Counted from the whole stretch's first letter, positions 38,330 through 50,884 are shown. The stretch: 63,941 bases of DNA, filler included, from Octopus bimaculoides (GCF_001194135.2; 7 parts of 7 records of this genome joined end to end with filler, not necessarily neighbours in it); one strand, 5' to 3'. Made by a program: numbers and translations. The notes: generated by a model from the sequence alone, not told the origin.

Positions 38330-38740
38330 TGAATTTTGCTGAGATCGGAAAGTCTTCTTAAGAACCATATATCTCAAGTCATCCTGGTCCTTTGTCATCT
38401 CCTCTGTGAGGTTGAAGGTCCTGAGATCAGCTTTTACCACTTTGTTCCATGTCTTCTTGGGTCTCCCTTTTCTGCAAGCTCCCTTCGCATTAAGCGATCA
38501 GCACTTATTTATACTACTATCCTCAACTACATGCATCACATGTCTATACCAGCACAATCTTCCTGCTGGCAACATACATCTGATTCTGCTTATACCCAAT
38601 TTTTCTTTCAACTTGTTTGTACTTTGTCATTCATGCACACTTACATTGCACATCCAATGAAGCATGCTAGCTTCATTTTTTCCCAGTTTTCTCAAGTCGT
38701 CTGCATTCAAGATCCATGTCTCACTACCAAGCATATCAAT
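38330..38740 (-). mobile_element. RTE LINE 3' fragment (second subfamily)
   Basis: GSETWILNADDLRKLGKNEASMLHWMC...GACRKGRPKKTWNKVVKADL, followed by CAACCCAT, which resembles the family-C 3' end. Confidence 0.8.
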
Positions 38741-39365
38741 TAGATGCAGTGTGAGTGTTGTAAGCATTATTGAACACACATACACAATGTATATGTTTTG
38801 CTAGTTTACTAGTTGGCTGCGATTCAACACATTGCAAGTGGCCCTCTCAGAGTGCTGGGTGTTGAAAAAACACAACTGGAAGTCATAGTCATAGACGGGT
38901 GAGATAACTCCTGGAACTTGGAATGAGTTGTTTCACCTGCCTCTGACTATGGCTTCCAGGTGTTTTAACACCCAGCACTTTGAGAAGACAACCCCCATTG
39001 TGTTGAATCATAGCCAACCGACAAACGAGCAAAATACATACATTGTGTATATGTGGTCAGTAACATANNNNNNNNNNNNNNNNNNNNNNNNNNNNNNNNN
39101 NNNNNNNNNNNTTAATTAATTAANNNNNNNNNNNNNNNNNNNNNNNNNNNNNNNNNNNNNNNNNNNNTATATATATATATATATTGCCGTTCTCTATCGC
39201 AAGTATTTTCTCAACAAGTTTTGGCAATATGTTGCACCTGGGTGTATGTATACGTGTATATGCATGGTTTGCGTGTGTACGTGCGTATGTATTTACATGT
39301 ATGTGTATGAGTTTGTATATATATGTATATGAGTATTTATTTTCTCATTGGCAAACGGTCGGATT

Positions 39366-39396
<31 letters not shown>

Positions 39397-39968
39397 GTAT
39401 TTTTTTCGTTCTTAAAAAGTGTGGGAGGAGCTGGTAGGAACGTTACCACTACCCGTTCCTGTAGGCGGGGTGTGTTATACAAGAAATTTGCTGGTGAAGA
39501 TTCCTCTCTGCTCACTGAAAAAAAAAAAACTGATCTATTTGACATGTTCAAGGTTGTTCTCATATACCGTACAAAATTTAACATCTGTTACCAGAACGGG
39601 TTTTCTCGAAGTCGCAAGTATTTGCATATAATCTAGCGCACAAATATATAACATGTGAAACACGCATACAAATACACAAACAAAAAAAAACGTGTGCGTG
39701 TGTGTATGTATGTGTCCGTATGTGTGTATGTGCGCGCGCGTACATTTGTGTGTGTATGTCTATGTGTATGTGTGTGTGTATGTGTTTGCATGTGTGTGCT
39801 CCTGTCTATTGGTCTATTTGTGTTTGCGTGTCTATGTCTTATGTTTGCTCACGCACTTCATCTAAATGTAGATTCGCTCTTTTAATATTGATGCCAACAA
39901 AATTCAAAATATAAACAATAACAAACTCTAAAATTAATTTTTATTTTTCAAAATGGAACAAAACTAAC

Positions 39969-40134
39969 AGGAGTGGCTGCGTGGTAAGTAGCTTGCTTAC
40001 CAACCACATGGTTCCGGGTTCAGTCCCACTGCGTGAGACCTTCGGCAACTGTCTTCTACTATAGCCTCGGGCCGACCAAAGCCTTGCGAGTGGATTTGGT
40101 AGATGGAAACTGAAAGAAGCCTGTCGTATATATG

Positions 40135-40179
<45 letters not shown>

Positions 40180-40410
40180 TTGTGTGTTTGTGTTTGTTCC
40201 CCCACCCCAACATCGCTTGACAACCGATGCGTTTACGTCCCCGGTGTCTTTACGTCCCCGTAACTTAGCGGTTCGGCAAAAGAGACCGGTAGAATAAGTA
40301 CTAGGCTTCCAAAGAATAAGTCCTAGGGTCGATTTACTCGACTAAAGGCGGTGCTCCACCGTGGTCGCAGTCAAATGACTGAAACAAGTAAAAGTAAAAG
40401 AGTAAAAGAG
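39969..40410 (+). mobile_element. Full-length SINE family B (tRNA head, (TA)n(TG)n, tail)
   Basis: GGAGTGGCTGCGTGGTAAG...GGTTCAGTCCC head and CATCGCTTGACAACCG...GGCGGTGCTCC...TGACTGAAACAAGTAAAAG tail. Other copies at about 1530-1780, 29341-29560, 34741-34955, 44941-45340, 46180-46590, 47815-48111, 54310-54445 (minus) and 56931-57150. Confidence 0.88.
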
Positions 40411-41099
40411 GAAGTAAGACAGAAAATAATGTTTATTTTTGTATACTGTCACTTCATTTATATCTGAAAAGTTTATTCCTACACTTTTTTATTTTTATTT
40501 CAAAGTCTTTGATCAGATCCTCATTATGACACCATGAACACTTCGAAATTATATTTCCGATCATATAAACCACTTCGAATATTATTTTAACAAGCTTAAA
40601 GTGATTTCTTTAGCGCCGTAAACCATTTACCATTTCTGTGGTTTTCCCCGCTTCCCCGCTTCCCCGCTTCCCCTTGATGCCATAAGAACGTGCTTATTTT
40701 GTTTAATGGTTAATCTAGCGCTGGGTTCTGGAGTATTTCTTAGAAGATATTACAACCACCTCAAGCACAATAAATCATTCTGCTCTCGTTGTGGAACCAA
40801 ACGCTTTGGAGTTTCTCACCACTACTAAAACCACCACCACCACCACCACTACAATTACCAACAAACACCACCCCCAATGCCAAAACCTCCAACATCATCG
40901 CCTTGTATCCTCAAATTCTTTTGGAGAAGTTCCAATCACTACGAAACTTCTTGAAGCTCCTCATAAAGAATCTTAGATTTTGGCTTTATAGTACATAACC
41001 TTTCTTTAAACGAGGGCACGAATTCCGATTGATATATTTTTCTTCTTCACTTCTTCCACCTCCTCATCCTTCTTCTCATTCCTCTTAACGTTGTTGTTG

Positions 41100-41131
<32 letters not shown>

Positions 41132-41190
41132 CTTCTTCTTCTTCTTCTTCTTCTTCTTCTTCTTCTTCTTCTTCTTCTTCTTCCCCTCCT
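41100..41190. repeat. (CTT)n microsatellite followed by (CAT)n/(CGT)n
   Basis: Direct reading. Confidence 0.95.
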
Positions 41191-42072
41191 TCTCCTCCTT
41201 CTTCTAGTTATTTTGTTATTATCACCGCCCCGGCCGCCACCACTGCTTCTGTCGTCGCAATCATCATCATCATCATCATCATCGTCATCGTCATCGTCGT
41301 CGTCGTCGTCGTTACCGTGACATTTCCTTACTACCCTTTTTTTCCAACCATTTATATATGTATATAATATATATATGATATATACATGTATGCATGTATG
41401 TATGTATACACACAGTGATATACATGTATATATGTATGTTCAGATATACATATTTGTGTCTGCGTGTGTGTGCATGCATGTATATCTACATTCGTGTGAA
41501 CACACATGCACATGTACAAATATGAATATATGTACGCGTGTGTGTGTGAGTGTGTGTGTAGATATGTACGTTTATATACATATAAATTATACACATACAT
41601 ATACATGTAGTTATATTTTTCTAGGGATAACAGTGTGAGTTCATTGTGTTATGCTGTCAAGAACTAGGTTAGTCACACACAATGTGTGTAAGACGAGTGG
41701 TGCAAAACATAATGGCGAGACAAAAAATACATTAAAGAAACCAGGGGCCAGGAAAAAAAACTGTCATATTATGCCTAGGCACCCTTTTGCTCTTTCTTCG
41801 TTAACCAGAAGTTCTTAAGATTGCCATCATGTCATTCAGCTTGAACGTTTTCTTTATGTTTAACCGCGCACACACCCGCACGTGAATACACACACACACA
41901 CACACACTCACAAAACAAATACACCTATAGATATTACAATTTTTACACATTTTATAATGGATACAATTGCAGACATACGCGCAAGGCCACACACATATAT
42001 ACACAAATGAAATACTTATATAATATACATGTATAATATATGCATGATATATATGTAAATATATGTGTGTGC

Positions 42073-42117
<45 letters not shown>

Positions 42118-42869
42118 TGTGTGTCTGTGTGTGTGCATCAGTACATATTCATGCATACACGTGATATGCACGTACACACACATACACATATATCTACATA
42201 CCTGTATAAACATTTAAAATCATGCGCAAATATGTATGTGTGTGTACATGCGTATGTATGTATGTACGTATGTATGTATGTATGTATATATGTATTTATA
42301 GGGCGTGTGCGTATGTCAATAAGTGGGAATATATAATTATTTACTTAAAGAACGGTGAGTGTCATAAACGGTAGGGTTCCGGACTAAATGCTGTGCAGTA
42401 TTTTTCATGGCTTAGTCAGAGGATGTTGGGCAGCCACCACCTACCACGACCTTTTCGGGGGCTCCGAGACTGGCACAGGAAGTGAGGCATTTAATTTAGT
42501 TAAGTTTCTTTATCGTGTCTCTATATTCTAATGTTCATATCAATTTGGGCTTCAATTATGCTATTCTCTCCCAACTTTTCAGAGTTGATGATCATCAGTA
42601 ATGTATTAGATTGATTTAAACTGAATATATTATGAAATTGTGACTTTCATCCAAACTGTGACTTCACCAAAGCAATTGTTAAAATTATTTTATGTTAGGT
42701 AGAGGGTCATGTGTTAACATCTGGGCATCGAAGCAATAGCTTTCCCAGATTTTAATTTTGCATCAACCGACTGCAATGCGACTACGTAAGTTATTGATTA
42801 CTCTACAGATCACCTCTCTAGAATTAAATACTATATAAATGCTTTAATGTTATAAATATATCTATCTAC

Positions 42870-43125
42870 CTCCATATCATTCACTTGTTTTACTGGTAGT
42901 TCAGATTGTGTAGCCGATGGATCAGCAACACAATCTGCAGGAGATAGATACTGAACTATAATCTGATATAACGAATCGTTACATTTCGATTCGTTATTAT
43001 GACAAGAATTAAACTCCAAAATATAAGCAGGCATAAATGGATGGCTAATATTTTTTATATAAGTAATATAAGACATTATAAGGGTTAATTTGGGATAGTA
43101 TTTTGCAGTTAGATCATACGGCATA
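42870..43125 (-). CDS. Candidate internal exon, unknown Cys- and N-glycosylation-rich protein
   Basis: Acceptor ATATTTTCTCCTAG|, 85 open codons (MPYDLTAKYYPKLTLI...CNDSLYQIIVQYLSPADCVADP...), possible donor GAG|GTAGAT. Non-repetitive composition. Confidence 0.45.
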
Positions 43126-44172
43126 CTAGGAGAAAATATTGGTTCAAAGACAAAATAATATATAGAGAAAACCTACAGAATAAAAAGATCAGGAAAAGAT
43201 AAACCATCTGACTTAACCCACCTTTTAGTATGAATGTAGCTTCTAATATATATATATATANNNNNNNNNNNNNNNNNNNNNNNNNNNNNNNNNNNNNNNN
43301 NNNNNNNNNNNNNNNNNNNNNNNNNNNNNNNNNNNNNNNNNNNNNNNNNNNNNNNNNNNNNNNNNNNNNNNNNNNNNNNNNNNNNNNNNNNNNNNNNNNN
43401 NNNNNNNNNNNNNNNNNNNNNNNNNNNNNNNNNNNNNNNNNNNNNNNNNNNNNNNNNNNNNNNNNNNNNNNNNNNNNNNNNNNNNNNNNNNNNNNNNNNN
43501 NNNNNNNNNNNNNNNNNNNNNNNNNNNNNNNNNNNNNNNNNNNNNNNNNNNNNNNNNNNNNNNNNNNNNNNNNNNNNNNNNNNNNNNNNNNNNNNNNNNN
43601 NNNNNNNNNNNNNNNNNNNNNNNNNNNNNNNNNNNNNNNNNNNNNNNNNNNNNNNNNNNNNNNNNNNNNNNNNNNNNNNNNNNNNNNNNNNNNNNNNNNN
43701 NNNNNNNNNNNNNNNNNNNNNNNNNNNNNNNNNNNNNNNNNNNNNNNNNNNNNNNNNNNNNNNNNNNNNNNNNNNNNNNNNNNNNNNNNNNNNNNNNNNN
43801 NNNNNNNNNNNNNNNNNNNNNNNNNNNNNNNNNNNNNNNNNNNNNNNNNNNNNNNNNNNNNNNNNNNNNNNNNNNNNNNNNNNNNNNNNNNNNNNNNNNN
43901 NNNNNNNNNNNNNNNNNNNNNNNNNNNNNNNNNNNNNNNNNNNNNNNNNNNNNNNNNNNNNNNNNNNNNNNNNNNNNNNNNNNNNNNNNNNNNNNNNNNN
44001 NNNNNNNNNNNNNNNNNNNNNNNNNNNNNNNNNNNNNNNNNNNNNNNNNNNNNNNNNNNNNNNNNNNNNNNNNNNNNNNNNNNNNNNNNNNNNNNNNNNN
44101 NNNNNNNNNNNNNNNNNNNNNNNNNNNNNNNNNNNNNNNNNNNNNNNNNNNNNNNNNNNNNNNNNNNNNNAT

Positions 44173-44204
<32 letters not shown>

Positions 44205-44559
44205 ACCTATATATATACACATGCAAATATACATACATACATGTGTGTGTGTGTCTCTGTGTGTGTGTCTGTGCGTGTGTGAAAGGATCCCTGCACATTG
44301 CTTCTTATTTCATCATTTTTATCAACTTTATGAAACGAAATTTAAACAAAAAAAAAAAGATAGAAACAAAAAGAAAAATTTCTAACCGGAATTTGAACAG
44401 CATACTTAAAAGAAAATAACTAAACACTGCTTCTCTGAACATTTTAGATAAAGAAATTGATATAAATAGATCTTTTGCTTTGAGTCGAGTAGTAAGCATT
44501 ATATAACGGAGGTAGGTAATCTCCAGATAAAAGAAACCAAACGACTCTCTAACCCGCTT

Positions 44560-44828
44560 TCATTTATAACTGGTTTTAATGCGGACAGTAGCGCCTCTTT
44601 GGGAGAATATGTCAAGAAGCACGAAGTGTTTAGAGAGGTCGTAACTTTCCCTATAAATAAATGATTTAAACTAGGTCACAGTACTTATATTTTAAACACA
44701 TAGTCAAAAAATCATATTTTGTGTTTGAATATGAGAAGTACATGTTATCAGTGGACTGAGGACACGATTGAAGATGTGCCAAAGTCCAATAGTAATGATC
44801 TTTTCGTTTTTTGTTGTTTTTTTCATAA
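44560..44828 (-). CDS. Two candidate exons (44828-44742 and from 44650) separated by a 91-bp GT-AG intron; frame uncertain
   Basis: TTTCATTTAG and ATTTATTTATAG acceptors. The joined frames read either ...KDHYYWTLAHLQSCPQSTDNMESYDLSKHFVLLDIFSQ... or ...IITIGLWHIFNRVLSPLITWKVTT... Confidence 0.28.
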
Positions 44829-45509
44829 CTAAATGAAATACAACTTTTAGAATGAACGTTATTTCTTGAAAGTAAAACAAAAGATATAAATACTTTAGTG
44901 TGCTGCTTCAATATTTACTTCCAACTCACTTATAAATATAGGCGCAGAAGTGGCTGTGTGGTAAGAAGCTTGATTTCCTACCACATGGTTCTTGGTTCAG
45001 TCCCTCTTTGCGACACCTTAGGCAAGTGTCCTCTACTATAGCCTCGGGCCAACCAAAGCATTGTGAGTGGATTTGGTAGACGGATGCTGAAAGAAGCCCG
45101 TCGTATATATATATGTGTATATATTTATGTATTTGTATGTCTGTGTTTGTCCCCCGCCATCGCTTAATACTGATGTTGGTGTGTTTACGTCCCCGTAACT
45201 TAGCGGTTCGGCGAATTATAACGATAGAATAAGTACTAGGCTTACAAAGAATAAGTCCTGGAATGGATTTGTTCGACTAAAGGCGGTGCTCCAGCATGGC
45301 CGCAGTCAAATGACTGAAACAAATAAAAGAATAAAAGAATTCTTTTTATGTCTTATATAGATTACCAGAATCGCAGGGAATCGATGAAAATGCTTTGCAA
45401 TATTTCTTACGGTTTGGTATGGTCCGAGTTCAAATCCTGCTGAAGTCGACTTTGTAATTCATCCTGTCGAGACTGAGAAAATAAAGCACCGATTAAGTGC
45501 TGTGGAACC

Positions 45510-45880
45510 GCCAAGGCCCAGTGGTTAGGGCAGCGGAATCGCGGTCGTAGGATCGCGGTTTCGATTCCCAGACCGGGCATTGTGAGTGTTTATTGAGCGA
45601 AAGCACCTAAAACTCCATGAGGCTCCGGCAGGGGGTGGTGGGGAACCTTGCTGTATTCTTTCACCACAGCTTTCTCTCACTCTTTCTTCCTGTTTCTGTT
45701 GTACCTGTATTTCAAAGGGCCAGCCTTGTCACACTCTGTGTCAGGTTGAATCTCCTTGAGAACTACGTTAAGGGTACACGTGTCTGTGGAGTGCTCAGCC
45801 ACTTGCACGTTAATTTCACGAGCAGGCTGTTCCGTTGATCGGATCAACTGGAACCCTCGTCGTCGTAACTGACGGAGTGC
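45510..45880 (+). mobile_element. Chimeric SINE: family D head and tail E
   Basis: Head matches 13442-13738; the 3' part matches 24637-24798. Confidence 0.75.
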
Positions 45881-47146
45881 TACGAGTATCATCTAACCCC
45901 CTCCCTTCAAAAATGCTGGCCCTGCTCTAAATTAAAAACAACTTAAAGGAAGTGAGCTGGCAGAATCGTTAAAGTGTTGGACAAAATACCTTGTGGTATT
46001 TCTTCTGAAATTATATGCCCAGAATTCAAATTCTACTGAGATCATTTGTTGCCTTTTGCCCGTTCGAGGTCGGTAAAATAAAGTGATAGTCAAGTTCTGG
46101 AGTCGACTAACTTCTTCCCCACAAAACTGCTGGTCCTGAACCTAAATTAGAAACAAATATTAATAAATCATCTACTTCCACAGGAGTGGCTGTGTGGTAA
46201 GTAGCTTGCTTACCAACTACATGGTTCCGAGTTCAGTCCTACTGCGTGGCAACTTGGGCAAGTGTCTTCTACTATAATCTCGAGCCAACCAAAGCCTTGT
46301 GAGTGGATTTGGTAGATGGAAACTGAAAGAAGCCCGTCGTATATACGTATATATATGTGTGTGTGTGTATATGTTTGTGTGTCTGTGCTTGTCCACCCAA
46401 CATCGCTTGACAACCGATGGTGGTGTGTTTACGCCCCCGTAACTTAGCGGTTCGGCAAAAGAGACCGATAGAATAAGTACTAGGCTTCCAAAGAATAAGT
46501 CCTGGGGTCGATTTGCTCGACTAAAGGCGGTGCTCCAGCATGACCGCAGTCAAGTGATTGAAACAAGTAAAAGAAAGAAAAGAAAAGAATCCGATACATG
46601 AGTTAAGTTGAATCTTTGCAGAAAAGACGTAAGCCGGAGGGGAAGGCCAGCGAAGAAGGATCGATAAAAAAGGGTCTTCAAACAATTTCAGTTTTTCCTA
46701 CAACACCTTCCAAATTTGACCTTCTGTATCTGCATAAAAAGAATGTCAACAATTTGCAAAGTGACCTCTCCTCCATAGCATGAGTTAGTGTCCAGTTGAA
46801 CTGAAAACATGACGCAATTTCTGTTTCTGTTGAAAGCCACTTCACTTATGTTGTTAAAAACGACCCCCAGAACACGTAAATATCATCCAATCTCAAACAG
46901 CTTTTTGTTCATATACATTCAAGGCATATCTAATGCATATTTCTGTTAAGTAGTTAATTTTAGAAGATCAGCACATCAAACTTTAAACTGTCTCTAATGA
47001 ATTGTTGTGAACAAATTTGTTACTAACTGAAGGAAACGCTGTAACTACTTTTGATTCCATGTTTTGACTCATTTATTCCTTTCTTTCTTTTGTCATTTAT
47101 TTATCTATTTACTTATTTATTTATTTATTGCACCGTAGGCAGTAAG

Positions 47147-47375
47147 TTTCTTTATTGCCTACAAAGGGCTAAACATAGAGGGAACAAACAAGGACAGACA
47201 AACGGATTAAGTCGATTACATCGACCCCAGTGCGTAACTGGTACTTAATTTATCGACCCCGAAAGGATGAAAGGCAAAGTCGACCTCGGTGGAATTTGAA
47301 CTCAGAACGTAAAGACAGACGAAATACCGCTAAGCATTTCGCCCGGTGTGCTAACGTTTCTGCCAGCTCACCGCC
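47147..47375 (-). mobile_element. SINE family A, young copy
   Basis: Complete head (GGCGGTGAGCTGGCAGAAACGTTAGC...GAGTTCAAATTCC), core, and a variant tail ending GGCAATAAAGAAA. Confidence 0.88.
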
Positions 47376-47981
47376 TTCCGTAGACATTAAGTTTCTGAGA
47401 AATTTCAATTGCTGCCAATTTGCTCTAGAATTCGTATGAACTGTAAGCTTCATGCAAATAAATGGCAACATTAAACATTGCATTATAAACTGACATGTTT
47501 ATTTAAAGCAAAAGACAGAAAAAAAAGAAACGAGGGCAAAAATAAAATATAAAACAATAATAAGTAAAACAAACAGCGAAGCCACAGAGTTAAATATAGA
47601 AATAATTATATACAAGCAGACGACTGTTTCTACGTGGTGCAAGCGCACATCACGTTAATGAGAGCTAGTGTTTCAATTTGCGAACATTAATGAAGTGTAA
47701 ATTTATGATAACGGACACAAATTTGTACACACTCATTCAAATATATAAAGAGATATATACATAAACATATACATGCATAAACTGATACATACACTCATAC
47801 ATAAAATATTTATAGGCGAAGGTCTGGCTGGGTGGTTGAGAAGCTTGCATCCCAACCACGTGGTCTTGAGTTCAATCCCACTGAGTGGTACCCTGTGCAA
47901 GAGTTTTCTACGTTAGGCCCAGGCTGACCAAAGCCTTGTGAGTGAATCTGATAGACAGAAACTGAAAGAAGCTTATCGTAT

Positions 47982-48062
<81 letters not shown>

Positions 48063-48231
48063 AACGTACGTATGTCTTTGTTTTTATCTTTGGCCCCTAC
48101 CATTGTTGGTTNNNNNNNNNNNNNNNNNNNNNNNNNNNNNNNNNNNNNNNNNNNNTTAATTAATTAANNNNNNNNNNNNNNNNNNNNNNNNNNNNNNNNN
48201 NNNNNNNNNNNTATATATATATATATATATA

Positions 48232-48947
48232 TTACTTAAAGATCGCAATACATGCATTAAAGCGTTACTAATAGTTACATATGTTGAGAAAACTCAAATA
48301 TGTTCCTCAGGTGCAAACTACATATCACAACGATCTAAAGGAATTGAATTTAAAAATCGCTATGTCAACCACATAGCCTTCTTCCGACGTAGGGACAAAA
48401 GTAAAGCTACCAAGTTCTCTAGCTACGTATGGACTTTGAAAGATAACGAAACACCGCATATGATTAAATGAAAAGTAATTGAGAAATCCATACCTGGATC
48501 ACAATAAATTTTGACTGTGTTTGGCTGAAAGAGCGCAGATCCTGTTCAAATCTAAGATCCCTAACTCTCTATTGAACTCCAGGTCAGAAATTTTCAGTGG
48601 TTGCCTGCATATGTATAAATATATTTTGAAGATTTGGAAAATTCTGCTTATTCCTGACTGACTGGATTTCTTTCCAGCCTTATTATCTAAGGTCTAAGGA
48701 GAATAGCTCTTTTACCTTTTTACTTTTTACTTTTTATTTTTGACATTTTAATTTCTGTTTTTCGCTTTCTGTTTGCTGTCTGCGCTGTCTATATACTGCC
48801 TTTTCAGTTTTTTCGCGTTTCTTCTATTATTCAATTTCTTTAGTTCGTTATGATATGTAGTTTGCGCCTGAAGAATATGTTTGAGTTTTCTCAACATATG
48901 AAACTATTAGTAGCGCTTTAATACATGTATTGTGACCTTTAAATAAA
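48232..48947 (+). mobile_element. Penelope-like element 3' end (GIY-YIG C-terminus) with inverted pseudo-LTR of about 117 bp
   Basis: EFKNRYVNHIAFFR...KFSSYVWTLKD...LCLAERAQIL...NSLLNSRSEIFSGCLH. Region 48232-48348 is an imperfect inverted copy of 48830-48947. Confidence 0.88.
48864..48916 (+). ncRNA. Minimal type-I hammerhead ribozyme with canonical core
   Basis: GCGC-CUGAAGA-AUAUGUU(U)GAG-uuuu-CUCAACAUAU-GAAA-CUA-u-UAG-U-A-GCGC. All core nucleotides are present and the cleavage triplet is GUA. Confidence 0.8.
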
Positions 48948-50720
48948 TAATTTTTATTTCTCACCAGATGGAGTACTTTTTTTGTCGAATTTTCTATCAC
49001 GAATCAGTACATTATATATATATGTATAATATATATACATGCGAATACATTTATAAATATACATGCATGCAANNNNNNNNNNNNNNNNNNNNNNNNNNNN
49101 NNNNNNNNNNNNNNNNNNNNNNNNNNNNNNNNNNNNNNNNNNNNNNNNNNNNNNNNNNNNNNNNNNNNNNNNNNNNNNNNNNNNNNNNNNNNNNNNNNNN
49201 NNNNNNNNNNNNNNNNNNNNNNNNNNNNNNNNNNNNNNNNNNNNNNNNNNNNNNNNNNNNNNNNNNNNNNNNNNNNNNNNNNNNNNNNNNNNNNNNNNNN
49301 NNNNNNNNNNNNNNNNNNNNNNNNNNNNNNNNNNNNNNNNNNNNNNNNNNNNNNNNNNNNNNNNNNNNNNNNNNNNNNNNNNNNNNNNNNNNNNNNNNNN
49401 NNNNNNNNNNNNNNNNNNNNNNNNNNNNNNNNNNNNNNNNNNNNNNNNNNNNNNNNNNNNNNNNNNNNNNNNNNNNNNNNNNNNNNNNNNNNNNNNNNNN
49501 NNNNNNNNNNNNNNNNNNNNNNNNNNNNNNNNNNNNNNNNNNNNNNNNNNNNNNNNNNNNNNNNNNNNNNNNNNNNNNNNNNNNNNNNNNNNNNNNNNNN
49601 NNNNNNNNNNNNNNNNNNNNNNNNNNNNNNNNNNNNNNNNNNNNNNNNNNNNNNNNNNNNNNNNNNNNNNNNNNNNNNNNNNNNNNNNNNNNNNNNNNNN
49701 NNNNNNNNNNNNNNNNNNNNNNNNNNNNNNNNNNNNNNNNNNNNNNNNNNNNNNNNNNNNNNNNNNNNNNNNNNNNNNNNNNNNNNNNNNNNNNNNNNNN
49801 NNNNNNNNNNNNNNNNNNNNNNNNNNNNNNNNNNNNNNNNNNNNNNNNNNNNNNNNNNNNNNNNNNNNNNNNNNNNNNNNNNNNNNNNNNNNNNNNNNNN
49901 NNNNNNNNNNNNNNNNNNNNNNNNNNNNNNNNNNNNNNNNNNNNNNNNNNNNNNNNNNNNNNNNNNNNNNNNNNNNNNNNNNNNNNNNNNNNNNNNNGTG
50001 TGTGTATGTGCGTGTGTGTGTGTGTGTGTACACGCACACTCGTACACGAGCACACGCACATTAGTATAGTTTCTGAGACCCCATTTCGATAAATGATTGT
50101 TGAAATTTTGCCTCTTTTTTTTTTTTTCATTTTTTCCACTATCATTTTTGTTATAACTAATGATACAAAACATATGCCCCGTTCAATTTACAGGCTTTCA
50201 TTTTGCATGGTAACACACAGAACCACTCCACCGTGTATAGTGCAGTGTATGTAAAGATCTATCAATCGATATATCTACATACGCATATATATAGATAGAT
50301 ACATACATACATACATACATACATACATACCTTTACGCACACAGACTTATATATATATATATATACTTGTGATTATATTTATATGTGTGTGCGCACTGTT
50401 TGCGTTTATGCAGGCGTATTTACATGAATACATGCATATATGTGAACACATTTTCGCATATATTTTTATGTATATGCGTGTATTCATGTATGCATGTGTT
50501 TATGTATATATGCATGCATATGTATGTATGTATGTATGTATACGGAAACTCGGAAACTTACCCTAAAGGTCTCAGATTATTGGGCGTGAAATTATTAAAA
50601 CGTAAGTACACCAATAAATCTACCGAGGCTTGGCCTACCGGACGTAAATAGTTTCGGAAACCCCACAATTTTTTAATACATACATATACACATATATACA
50701 CATACATATATAGATATATT

Positions 50721-50763
<43 letters not shown>

Positions 50764-50884
50764 GTATGTANNNNNNNNNNTGTGTGTGTGTGTGTGTGTG
50801 TGTGTATACATATATATATATACACATACACACTCACACACGCATTTGTACATACCTATATATCTATATATACATACATATATA

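Noticed and set aside
44753-44788. GGA-CUGAGGA-CAC...GUG-CCAAA-GUCC as a hammerhead
   Set aside because: GAAA is replaced by CCAAA and the stems are only 3 bp; likely chance, and it overlaps a candidate exon on the other strand.
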